DNA of 64,000 nt from an uncultured Chlamydiae bacterium (GTDB lineage: Bacteria; Chlamydiota; Chlamydiia; Chlamydiales; SM23-39): positions 1,120,001-1,184,000 of the forward strand of contig CAWHDP010000002.1 of the NCBI GenBank assembly GCA_963828125.1. Reading direction: 5' to 3'. Position numbers and translations under genes: made by a program. Within the stretch, counting starts at the first letter, position 1. Each line of letters opens with the position of its first letter. The notes beneath the pieces are model-generated. The model was given only the letters and a program-made list of their open reading frames with translations, did not search any database and was not told where the DNA came from. Of this stretch, positions 56,401 through 59,282 are shown piece by piece.

Positions 56401-59282
56401 GTATTCGCGCCAGAAACGGTGATATTGGCTCCAATTTGAATCAAAGCCCCGCTCGTGAAAATCAGATTGGTCGGAGGAGCCGTTCCCCCCACCACTCCGT
56501 TGAAGCTGATCGTCCCCGTTCCGGCGACGAGCGTCACCCCTTGAGCGCCGTTGAGTGTGCTGCTGAAGCTAATATTTGCATTATTCGAGGTAATCACACT
56601 CGCCGCAGTGAAGGAGACAGGGAGGGCGAAAGTCAACGGATTGGCGCCTGAGACTGTGATATTTCCCCCTATTTGGATCAAAGCCCCATTTGTGAAAATA
56701 ATATTCGTCAAAGCCGTGGTCGTCCCAACCGTCGTGAGGTTGATCGAGCCTCCCGATCCCCCCTTCACAGTCAACGCCTGCGCTCCATTGAGAGTACTCG
56801 AGAAAGAGATATTGGCCCCCGCTGTGGTGCCGCCAGCGTTCGTGGTGTCGAGAGTGACAGCTCCAGTCAAAGAGACGGGGCCGATCATACTCATGCTGCC
56901 GCCGCTTGTCGTGATATTGTTGTTCAAAGTGATCAACGTCGATCCGGTATAACTCACAGCCCCTGTGGCGGCCGCAGTGGAACTTTGGGTGATGTGAGCC
57001 GCAGTGACGCTGAGAGAACTCAAGGGAGCCGACCCCCCGACTGCGCCAGTGAAGGTCGTCGTCCCCGAGCCGCCCGCGATCGTCAGGGCCTCCGCTCCAT
57101 TCAGCGTGCTGCTAAAACCGATACTCGCATTATTCGAAGTGATCAGGCTGGCCCCAGTGATCAAAGAGACCGGAATGGCAAACGTCAGCGTATTGGCGCC
57201 AGAAACAGTGATATTGGCTCCAATTTGAACCGAGGCCCCGCTTGTGAACACGATATTAGTCGGAGGCGCCGTCCCTCCCACCGCTCCATTGAAACTAACC
57301 ACGCCCCCAGTTCCTGCCCGCAGCGTCAACACTTGAGCCCCGTTGACCGTACTCGAGCTATTGGCGAACGTGATATTGGCCCCTGCTGCTGTTGCTCCGG
57401 CGTTTGTGCTATCGAGGGTTACAGCAGCGCCGAGCGCAACGGGGCCAGTGAGGCTAATCACGCCGCCGCTGGAGGTGACATTGCCGTCGAGAGTGATCGC
57501 AGTCGCCGTATAGTTAACCCCTCCTGCCGCCGTCTTCACAGTGGAACTTTGAACAATGGAACTGGCCTTCGTCACTGTCAAAGAGGTGAGCGCTGTAGTC
57601 GCCCCAACAGCGCCGCTAAAAGTGACGGTGCCGCCCGTCCCTCCATTAATGGACAAGGTTTGCGCATTGTTAATCGTACTTGAAAAAGAGACGCTCCCCC
57701 CTGCCGGGTTGGCCCCGGCGTCTGTCGTATCCAAAGTGACCGCAGCGCCGAGAGTGACCACACCTGTAAAGGTCATAGGCTGTCCTTGAGTGGTGATGCT
57801 TGCGTTCAAGGCAATAGTGCCAGCGCTCCCCGACCCGGCCGTCATCGATAGCGAAACGCCGCTCGCGAGAGTAAAGGCGTTCGTGACCGTAATAGAGCTT
57901 CCTGCGGCACTCTGCGCGCACAGGGCGATATTGGTTGAGGCCGCCTGCATCGTGGCGACAGAAATAGCCACCGTTCCGCCTGTCGCGCAATTGGGAGAGG
58001 AGGCCGATGCAATCGTCCCTGCTCCAGCTGTCGCGATCGTGATCGTATTTGGATCGAGCCGCCAATCGCCCATCTTCCCTTGAGGCGCCGACGTGCTGAC
58101 ATATCCGACCCCGATTCCCAAATTCTCTTTGCCCGACGTCTCGACGAACCCCCCATTTCCCGCCTCTCGTCCGCCGCGCGCGTAGATTTTTCCGTCGAAG
58201 AGCGTCGTGCCGTCTGCCCATACGATCACCTCGCCCCCGTCCCCTGCCGTATAGGCGTCGGCCCGAATCGTTGAATGCGCATCGATCTGCGTGATCTTCG
58301 CATTCCTCTGCTCCCCTTTCCCCTGGAAGGCGCCCCCGATCAGCACCGTCCCGCCCCCCCTATCTCCCGATGCATCGATCTCAGCGCCCCAAAGTTCGAC
58401 CCGATCTCCTAACAGCTCAACCCTCCCTCCAATCTCTCCATTCGGAGCGTTTATAGTCCCCGACGCTGCGACCCTCTCCCCCTCGACGATCACCGTCTCC
58501 CCTACGATCTGGCTCCCCCCAACCAGCCGAATCACCCCATTCGCCTCCTCAATCGCTGTGGCGATTTCGACCCCATCGGTATTGACCACCGTCTGCATCG
58601 CGCTTTTAGCTGCCCTCAACGTCAATGCGACCCCTCGCCCCTCGATCGCGCCGTAGTTTTCGATCAAAGTCCGCTCGAGCTCCCCTTCGACAGTGAATTG
58701 GATGAGTCCATCGCCCGTGAAATCGAGCGCGACCCGCTCTCCTGCGCCGATGACCACTTTCCCCGCCCCCGCAACAATCGAACCCCTATTTTCGATCACT
58801 GGACCGAGTAAGGCGATAAACGCCTCGGCCCCAATCGCCCCTTCATTGACAATCGCCCCTGTTTGGCCCTCTTTAAAAAAGCAGTAATGGCCCGCCAGGA
58901 AATCCTCATCCCGAATAGCGAGCGTCGAAGCGATGAACGATCCGGCATTCACAGAGGCCTCTTTGCCGAAATAGATACCCTGCGGATTGACCAAAAAAAG
59001 CCGTCCGTTCGCCTCAATTCTCCCTAAGATCTCACTCCCCTCTTTCCCAGTCACGCGGCTCAAGACCGTAGAGCGATTCGACGGCTGGATAAATCGGACC
59101 CCCTCGCCCCTTCCCACATGGAACGATTCAAAGTGCAAGATCGCTTGATCGGAGACAGAGATCTCCATGGCCTGCCCGTTTTCCGCCACAATCACTGCCG
59201 CCTGGCCATGAGCCGCCTCAGGGGCCGTCGGAAGAGCAGCGAGCGCCGGAATGTAAAGAGTCGCTAAGATCCAGAATTTCAA
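29430..59282 (-). CDS. Giant two-partner secretion passenger (TpsA), filamentous haemagglutinin/HMW-like beta-helical adhesin, 9950 aa
   Basis: Signal peptide MKFWILATLYIPALAA; TPS (haemagg_act) domain F..F.VG..E.V.F.QP...LSRVTG...S.ILG.IEANG.LFLVNPQGIYFG; GGFVETSG and G.W.LDP motifs; ~9500 aa of G/T/S/A/N/V beta-helix repeats. TTG start overlaps the tpsB stop. Confidence 0.93.
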   Translation of the reverse strand: MKFWILATLYIPALAALPTAPEAAHGQAAVIVAENGQAMEISVSDQAILHFESFHVGRGEGVRFIQPSNRSTVLSRVTGKEGSEILGRIEANGRLFLVNPQGIYFGKEASVNAGSFIASTLAIRDEDFLAGHYCFFKEGQTGAIVNEGAIGAEAFIALLGPVIENRGSIVAGAGKVVIGAGERVALDFTGDGLIQFTVEGELERTLIENYGAIEGRGVALTLRAAKSAMQTVVNTDGVEIATAIEEANGVIRLVGGSQIVGETVIVEGERVAASGTINAPNGEIGGRVELLGDRVELWGAEIDASGDRGGGTVLIGGAFQGKGEQRNAKITQIDAHSTIRADAYTAGDGGEVIVWADGTTLFDGKIYARGGREAGNGGFVETSGKENLGIGVGYVSTSAPQGKMGDWRLDPNTITIATAGAGTIASASSPNCATGGTVAISVATMQAASTNIALCAQSAAGSSITVTNAFTLASGVSLSMTAGSGSAGTIALNASITTQGQPMTFTGVVTLGAAVTLDTTDAGANPAGGSVSFSSTINNAQTLSINGGTGGTVTFSGAVGATTALTSLTVTKASSIVQSSTVKTAAGGVNYTATAITLDGNVTSSGGVISLTGPVALGAAVTLDSTNAGATAAGANITFANSSSTVNGAQVLTLRAGTGGVVSFNGAVGGTAPPTNIVFTSGASVQIGANITVSGANTLTFAIPVSLITGASLITSNNASIGFSSTLNGAEALTIAGGSGTTTFTGAVGGSAPLSSLSVTAAHITQSSTAAATGAVSYTGSTLITLNNNITTSGGSMSMIGPVSLTGAVTLDTTNAGGTTAGANISFSSTLNGAQALTVKGGSGGSINLTTVGTTTALTNIIFTNGALIQIGGNITVSGANPLTFALPVSFTAASVITSNNANISFSSTLNGAQGVTLVAGTGTISFNGVVGGTAPPTNLIFTSGALIQIGANITVSGANTLTFALPVSLITGASMIASNNASIGFSSTLNGAEALTIAGGTGTTTLTGAVGGTSALSSLSVTAANITQSSTVKTTGAVTYGGSTLITLDNSITTSGGAVALNGSVSLGAAVTIDTTNAGGTAAGANISFASVVNGSQILTLKGGTGGTIALNGTVGASAAPTNLVFTNGALIQIGNNITVSGANPLSFALPVSFTGTSTITSNNAAITFASTVNGAAAVTTVGGAGTTTFTGAVGGTAALSSLNVTAATITQSSTVATTGSVTYTGSGAINLNGASLTTSGGLLTMVGPVSLGTGFTADTTNGGGTSTGANINFSNTVNGAQALVATGGSAGVVTFTGAVGGTTALTSLTASGATVTQSSTASTSTGTIHYTGAINLGNNLTTTANGTVQMNGAVSLTGPVTISTSAGGGGNITFASTLDGGQALIVNGGTATVQFTGAVGGAIALSALTVTSSTITQSSSAKTTGAISYTGAAGLGGNVTTSGGSIGMVGAVTLPTGAVIVDATNAGASNAGNTISFSSTINGAQNLTLTSGTSGSVTMGGIVGGVASLSSLTATGASVTQSATVTTSGAISYSGSTLITLNGGLTTSGGAIGMTGPVSLTAGVTASTSGGNISFSTTVSGAEALVLTAGSGTATLSGAVGATPLSSLNVTAATITQSSTVAATGLVSYTGSSAINLNGASVTTSGGVITMAGPVSLGTGFTADTTNSGGTAAGANINFSNTVNGAQNLTLKGGTGGTIAFSGAVGGSSPLTNLIFINGALIQIGNNVTVSGGSVLSFALPVSFTGTSTMTSNNAAITFASTVSGAAAVTIAGGTGTTTFSGAVGTLGSLTVNAATITQSSTVAATGAVNYTAATVINLNGASITTSGGAIGLSGPVSLGTGFTADTTNGAAGGANISFSSTVSGAQALTLKGGAGGVITLTGAVGAIPLTNLVFTNGSQVRVGNNMTVSGANPLIIGIPLLLTGTSTITSNNANIGFNGTVDGREPLTVVGGTGTTTFLAAVGSTTPLSSLSVTAANIGQNSSVQTVGACSYTGAVALSGNITTSAANVTMTGALSLGGTVVIDATNGGVAPTGGILSFSSTINGAQSLTLTGGMSGTVTLSGIVGGGTPLASFTATGNNITQNATVQTTGNIGYSGTTLITLNGGLTTAGGAVGMTGPVSLTALVAIGTSGGNVSFSSTVNGAESLSITGGAGTVSFSGAVGGATPLTALTASGVGVTQSSTVKAGSGGINYTGAISLGGNLTTAGGAVGMTGAVSLLSPIIFDTTNGGGTPAGAGVVFSSTINGAQTLSVSGGTGGAISFGGAIGGTTRLTTLTAGGSTITQSSTVQTTGAISYTGAIGLYNHLTTNGGTIGMNGAVTLYGAVALDTTNSAPAGANITFFSTVSGAENLTLTAGTGGTVALNGAVGTLTQLSATGATITQGSSVATTGSISYTGAINLGGNLTTASGTIGLSGAVTLTGSVIADTTSGGGAGITFGGTLNGNQTLSVRAGTGTATLTGVVGGGVPLASLTVSGGSIVQSASVQTAGAISYTGPISLYGALTTSGGAVGMTGAVSLFSAVVVDTTNGGGVAAGANVSFSTTVDNGQSLTLKSGASGAVMFSGAVGGTTPLASLTATGLSITQSSSAAATGAITYNGSIALYGGVTTNGGAIGMNGAVTLFGAVALNTANSAPNGANIVLSSSVSGAENLTLTSGAVGTIAMNGAIGTLAQLSATGATVTQGSTVTTTGNINYTGAIRLGGNLTTTANGTIGMNGAVTLTGPVTADTTAGGGAGITFGGTVNGNNGLVVNGGSATATLTGAVGGTTPLASLTVNSATIVQSSTVNVLGAVQYTGSTAIQSYGNVATSGGAIQMTGPVAFYTNWLVDSTNGGGTSLGANISFSTTLDANGSQSLTLTGGSAGVVTMGGAVGSMAAPTSLTASGATVTQSSTVQTTGAVSYTGAIHLGGNITTASGAIAMTGPVGLTNTVIADTTSGGGANIGFSNAINGNRSLTLRGGGAGAVTLSGAVGGSTPLASLTVSGTTITQSSTVQTVGAVSYNGSLAVSLNGGVTTSGGAIGMTGAASLTSGVVLDTTNGGATPTGANITLASTVNGTQNLSATAGSTGTVAFSSAVGGTIPLSALTASGAAVTQSDAVTAVGAVSYSGAIALYGNMTTSGGSMSLTGAVALHANLTLDTTSGAAGGANITFSSTVDGGNALSLKGGTGGAIAMNGAVGSGTPLTTLSANGLSVIQGSSVQTTGAVSYTGAISLGGNVTTDNAAVGMHGAVALTGSVTVSGGGTGVTFYSTVNGNQTLIVTAGTGAVVFTGSVGASVPLFALSAGGATLTQSGTANTGAGGLGYTGAISIAGNVTTNGGPVGMTGAVGYSTNWTVDTTNGNGTPGGAGISFSSTVDGAGSLTLNGGTGGVISFGAIGSGAPPSSISATGASVTQNSTVVAAGAISYTGPIVLHSNLTTTSGPISMTGAVALMGSVTANTSSGGGAAITFSSTVNGAEPLSLLAGTGTITLSGAVGGGTALNALTAAGGSIVQTGAITTTGATLLTGAISLGANIGTTSSNITLTGNVTRTANNNVTLNSSGGNIGITGTINGDVAGRNIDLEAGSGTITVGGTMGGVVPLNNFTANGGTINLASRGTGSTISTGVTMVTSAGAINFTGTTISDGTQTYTAGTDFNFTAGALTTVSSSGLPISFVTGTIVLSGGTDLSVISNNGDIVIPNLTGPGQNVIVNAETGSATLGNIGSAGNNLNSLTVTGDPIVIGTYYANTSSFNSPVVTSITANVTGSATYNTPVLIAANNLIFSGGSVTFNSTLNSDGGGARNVTFNPGSGNSVHFGGLVGGSSPLTSITVGTAQNVTFSSGASMGSFTQTGGAGTTTFAGGLTATGSGGINIATGAIVLSGSVSTGSGGALVLNNSGTFSSAGTVYSLGGPFEQTGSGSVSIGGNIQTADNWVSFAAPVTLTSGLTVNTVSVSGAAVTFSQTVDGDYALSLTGTTLTLTGAVGSAAPLASLSANGTTVVQGSSVAAAGTVGYTASSAIDLGGNIETQAGAVMSTGPVVLTQAVAMDTTNGGGSPAGANIGLSSTVNGAFGLTLTGGTAGTVSLTGAVGGTTPLASLSASGLSVTQSSTVKTSGAISYTGATTLNGNLTASSGAIHWNSAVTLTSDVVATAGASITASSTIDGSENLTLTAGASGTVTLGGAVGGGTALSSLTAGGLAVVQDSTALTTGGISYTGSSSVTLSGNLTTSGGLIGMTGPVAITTGLVIDSTHSGGSPAGGNITFSSTLNGTDPLTLVSGGSNIVFSGALGGVNPLGVLTITNANNVTAVALSAAAFNQAAGTGTTTLNGAVVLTHASGFNFTGNNLTINSSLSTAAGGPAAISVAGTFVLGTSGALSLSGGFTQTGIGSSQLAGSITTSDALIQFGSGVVMSGLTTMNSGGAHILFSSTLDGPGGLSLTAGAGNITLMGAAGGVTRLGALTVASVANFTSLAITASSITQMAGSGTSTYNGNLNTNGSGGINKIGTNFVRNGNIVTTNGGSLTVNNSGTLQAGTGTTATISGSYSQTGTGPVLIGGSITTDNGNILYTGAVTLTSNFTLNSGTGAGNITFMSTIDGTTLNAQGLTLTAGTGNVSLGGTVGGSTPIGTFIVNSCANLTAAAFSALSVNVTETGGSATLNGNLNTSGSAGVTLNVDNVLRNAGLTVSNGGPLIVNFTGVIGGSSVSPITAGSVVVTNLGTGVLDFGGEVIATTGGITNNTALNLVAPTAFDTSLSGGDIVFSSTIDGAENLTLNAGSGNITVNGDIGTGARLGTISVTSVNNLTVGNLKAAGFMQLAGTGTTRMIGTINMAGSISVTGNTITRSGSVTTTNSGSVTWTNSGTLNLEGNTGVSVAGYYLQNGTGPVLLSGSLTTTNQPITFSSPITMFGDISLSSGTTGGTITLMGTLDGNYNVTLSAAGGGVTLGSAVGGTAPLASLTIGSNGAVSTQAVSATYIVQTGSGTTTCNGAVSTSGGSGISLTGSAFTFNAPVTTLLNGPLSVAGALAVNAPFSINGTFAQTGSGAVSLGANITTDNQNLSIAGPISLTGDSILNAGTGPGGVTLSSTIDGGYSLTVLAGPGNVAINGTIGALSALSALNIAGKNISLANVGDGLVGVSGAATLTAVNSIVFSGTNYRYNTQSYNASLVEFTSGSLTTLTSQGTPIEFSAAAMTLAMGTNLTINSNNGAITLSPLDAVTADLRTVTLNAGTGSMTLSSIGTASSSELASLSLTGGNLYIHGNIVSNGVSLSSTGTVYLGANITTSGGALTFPAAVVLDTTANATLTTGGAGITFGGTIDGDAAGTRSLTLAAGSGNIAFSGAVGGSFPLNSLTISSAGSVTAGTMNVGSFTQSAGSSTFSGALSTTNVLGINLTGSAFTFEGAVTTTNSGSLAMNNTGLVIFQSGATLNLSGGLTQTGSGSVQLANSMTAGDGVSFSGAVSLTGASSITTAAAGQQIAFLSTLDGGYNLTLAAGEGNIVFTGAIGGGTRLGTLEIDSASNITSNAITAAALALSWSSGTFTFNGALNTNGSSGISLTGQNISSNAAVTTSNGGPLTLSTTGTVSGGVEGGIYTISGSITQNSTGVSLLGGSLTSLTGSIEANHNITLIKALVVDTSGGNGNITIGGTVDGAFPVTLRAGTGTIQLQSNVGSNTPLGAVVIANAGNITTEAVTAASFTQQSGSGTTTFNGPITTTGASGIAITASAVTRNSTITTLNGGPLAIANSGLFTSTAAGAITVAGSFGQTGAGAVTIGGSVTTNGGAISFAGPVTMGADLFLSSGTGSGAITFSQTVQGAYNLSLNADNGNITLSGALGTVGMYLASVTFVNEGSLSAGAIYASTITQLGGSATSAFGALNANAAGGIVLTGTNFIFNGAITTAAAGPLNVSGTGSSIYNAGAVATIGGGFTQTGAATLSNAMTVGGAAQFSNAVTLSGTASVSTFAANQNITFSSTIDGGGNLTLGSGTGTITVNGAIGGGTRVGHFTISSAGNFSCGNLSSATITQTAGSGTSTLSGSLNTNGAGGIQLTGTNFVRAGTLVTTNGGSVTINNSGTLTATSNTSATVSGNYNQTGSGATSYYGSITTSGGTISFSGPMTLAGSFALSSGGGNVTFNQTVDGAQPLTITAGTGNISAAAAVGGNTPVGAFTVNSCANLTVAAFSALSVNVTETGGAATLNGNLNTSGSAGVTLNVDNVVRNAGLTVSNGGPLIVNFTGAIGGSSVSPIIAGSVVVTNLGVGALDFGGEVIATSGGITNNTSLTLVAPTVFDSSQSGGNIVFADAIDGAQNLTLNGGAGNIQCNGDWGGTTPLSAISVTTANNFTAQAISAVSFSAPNITGLATFNGALNTSGSAGISLSANQVAINGDVTTTGGGGVAIALTNSNPLTIGNGVAFNLSGPFTQTGSGFVSLGGSMTTASALISFASAVTLTNAVALDTGSGANISFAEAINGAYALGLTAGSGSITFGGPVGHTAPLTGLTVSSALNVTADTTIAINGSLSMSATGLTTLSGAVSTATIGGISVSTGTLALSGTLTATNSGPVAIMNTGMGTISGAIVSSGAFTQSGGGALSLGANVTSGGILQFGSALTLTAPVGLNSGGYGLNVLGTVDGLYDLTLTAEGGAIGLSGAVGNMSPLGSFLIVSCGSATIAAVTAVDITQSLGTGLTNFTGALNTSGSAGIRLTGSAFQFGGALTTGSGSGGSLTIVQTGGLTVPAAAPFMIDGIFSETGGGGVSLGGNVTTNGNNISWADPILLTHAVAMTTGAGAGNILFSNTVDGDYCLTLTTGTGTVAFDAALGALHPLNCLSVSAAAIVQSAPIATGSTVVLTGAVSLGAGITTSGSDITITGNAAVAASGAILSAGAGAGDISITGTLNASTTGLNLTLGQGTGNVTVGGAIGVEIPLNSLTIQGTEVSLGNFGTGALSSGGNLSITAGDAIAFTGDNYQGGSLSFTAANGFNFTAGSLTTVASGGSNVAFTTGTIALSTGTDLTVNSNGGSVTLSNLTGPNQNLDVDAYTGAVNVANIGTMTNPLNSVDIITSMLTITGTSYPTITQFSPTTSYIATNVSVGMIYASPTLVIADNIVLSGGSYTFLSSLNSDGVGNSRHLTINPGAGNSLTFSGLVGNSAPLTSLTIGEAEDVTISNQMTVGSLIQTDGQGTTTIRAGIVADAGGVSIAANNISIGGSTLTTNNASALFDIGDSGTFTATNALFTLDGPFEQLGSGSVSIGGTIQSADGSVSFEGPITLSSNLNVNTIDLAGADITFADTVDQPYNLNLSAGTGTISFESGVGQGTPIANVAIASAGVVSLGPFSCASLTQSAGSVSTTFNGALSTSGSSGIQLTGAAFDIGSSVSTSSSGPLAIVNSGTLVLGSGADLNISGAITQSGGGSVELGGAIAAGGSISFASAVTLPNPAYLDTSLNGTNISFLGTVDGPDSLELNLGSIGALFIGGNVGGGSALSAFTIDNGKGIATQNISAGAITQVAGTGLAAYGNLTATLIGGISLTGASLTIDGNLTTTASGAPVAIVNTGSLTLTAGSSTSIAGAFSQTGSGTVSLSGALLTTGGPLSFASPVVMSGTTSVSNGGGSGNITFGSTLDGAQTLTLTAGSGALLFTGGVGQLARLGALTIQSASNIGYPAISATSILQSGSSGTTTISGAMNTSGSSGISLTGEAFNQNGVVSTSGGGPVAIINSALYTQGASIQPAGTFTQSGGGAVILNGTILTGSAAISLAGNVTLGSDVTLSSGGSGPGNISLGGTVDGAHNLSLTAGAGSLTLSGAVGSGTPILALAINSAGIVNAGAISAASIAQLSGSGATTFGGDLTTSGPAGISLVGNNFTVNSGVVTTTPNSGGGMGVSQSGLLTFGPSANLSLAGPFTQNTAGSISLEGTLAAGGAIFFSGSVSVPTLGSATVDSSSNNNSIQFSNAISGSGSLTCILGAGTLTMNGNLGTPSSPLNAFTINSAAIVTTQDLSAGTISQLSGSVSTTFNGNLTAGAGGLSLTGTAITFVGSATAAGPIAIANAGLLTASANQTLSSTGGAFAQTGVGSVALAGTVQTAGQDLSFASPIALTATTLLTTGTGLGTINLYSTVDGGQPFTLEAGAGDINIAGAMGGGTRLGAITVVSANNENLSSVTALSFTQQALTGQFMSIGAIDINGPAGISITGNSFYRQGSLVTSNGGSLTILNSGPLTGHAGNTSSIDGQWIQLPGSTGIANFAASTSARGGFVILSPMVLLGNAILDSSGGTGGISISNTINGEFGLTLTAGSGNVTVGAPIGVSSPLASLAITAHQVSLNGMGGGAPGVSGTVSVTTSGSMTFAGTTYNGNAQTYNSPATFNFSAGSATTISSNGANLTFQNGTISLGTGADLTLNTGGGNLTALGIQAGQNSGRNLTLSSSSGNIQVGTIGLAGNGQFASVAITAGTVTLNGNLIAGTITLNPAATLYVGGNIGSTNTALSFPTEVVLNTNSVISTGARGGDISFAGAVNGALGDTQNLTLAAGTGDITFSGDIGSNATVRPNLLVIASANNVAIGNMALDGFIQEAGSATTTVTGVSSIVNNIGFQFTGTNLMIESGASLQTEAGSSITVQNSGVFTLAGTASPDGSLNQTGGGSTAFSGSVTTHNGSISFAGPVSVSGMSATMNTAANNQSITFSSTLDGPGYLTLLAGTGNITLLGNTGGNTPLGTTVVSSAHNITIQNFACASLNATASGTMQLVGDLSSNTSAGITLAGVNFVRSGSLITTNGGNFVVTNSGTITGTSINTTSIDGTYTQNGTGSVFFAGTITTAGQNISFSSPITLLYDGAFDTGSGSGDILLAGTVDGAYPLSFNAGTGNILLSAPIGSQTAVGDIAITSAVNFTAQQPITAASITQSGGSGTSTFSGPISTSGPLGIHLTANNIIRSAAWTAGGTGGIVIGNSGAFTSIASGTIQSAGPFDQSGLGPVLIGGTVLTLNQNMSFAGIVSLSAPLTLNSGPGPGFISISGSVDGAQNLTLASGADNITVTGAIGSNTRIGALLITETATATFGSINAASIDQTGGTGTTTLSGATNTNTASGINLTGTNVTFSGAVTTTVLGSINIVNSGVFTLSAPCVTAGSFGQSGASSTLSSSINAAGSISFAGAVGVTGSAFLSAASQPITLASTLDGPGSLFFNSGASNTTIQGVAGQMTPLGDVVFTQSGSVTTLSIKASEIIQIAGTGVTTMNGDLNASGASGIRLTGTNFTLNGSLTTSGVGPCVISHTGLLNLTAGSSTLLSNGFTESGIGGTVQLGGTIHASNSDITFDSPITLSSPVSLNSDGGGDIFIANTIDGAYTLSLTAGSGSVTLAADIGDLVPVTSLTVVSGGEVSAAAISAGTIAQNAGSASTTFNGALSTTLSGGIQVTGAAFTFLAPVTTTGNGRFTVNNSGLLTLSSSAPVNLSGGFSQTGVGSVDLATTIEVVGGRILFTGPVHLTGPSLLNMDVISGTITLSNTVDGNENLTMSAGGGSIVLSNTVTGLAAFQVTECTNLTAAAPISASSMEIGGVSGLATFNGDLLATGASGITLSGAFFTLNGNIATTGGGPLSLTNSSLAIVNSPTAISLSGPFTQLGSGTTQMMGNLNTSGSPISWTGPLILTGHFTVNSNNGNITFGTDLEGNYSLTVIGGAGNVVAPNAISVTSPLTSFIVSSAGNISLNGVGSPSSIVSGQLTLNAAGTTSLSSSLYAAVTQTYASGVETQFVNGSLTTLQTNGGPVSFTTPLVILTTGSDISVQTNGGAFSYNTIDGTTFENITINTGSGLADMGILSNPGSINTVTVHAGSILFNGAMSVANPLFTSQGAIQNGTIPVNIVTTNTAFFNALGGNVGSIASPILVNASQGIIVGSTYLADFNGIELGAPIVGYNISTYDLNPPCVVIFNGVTILDCHRPPPVPPGPPVPSTVFVITGFAAPGFENSQFNLASDYYFYPYFYDSSYFAPIPGWFMYYRIIVQK

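Noticed and set aside
30544..58887. Dozens of plus-strand and alternate-frame ORFs (60-390 aa) inside tpsA
   Set aside because: Shadow ORFs caused by the biased, repetitive codon usage of tpsA; Pro/Val/Ala-rich mirror translations with no motifs.
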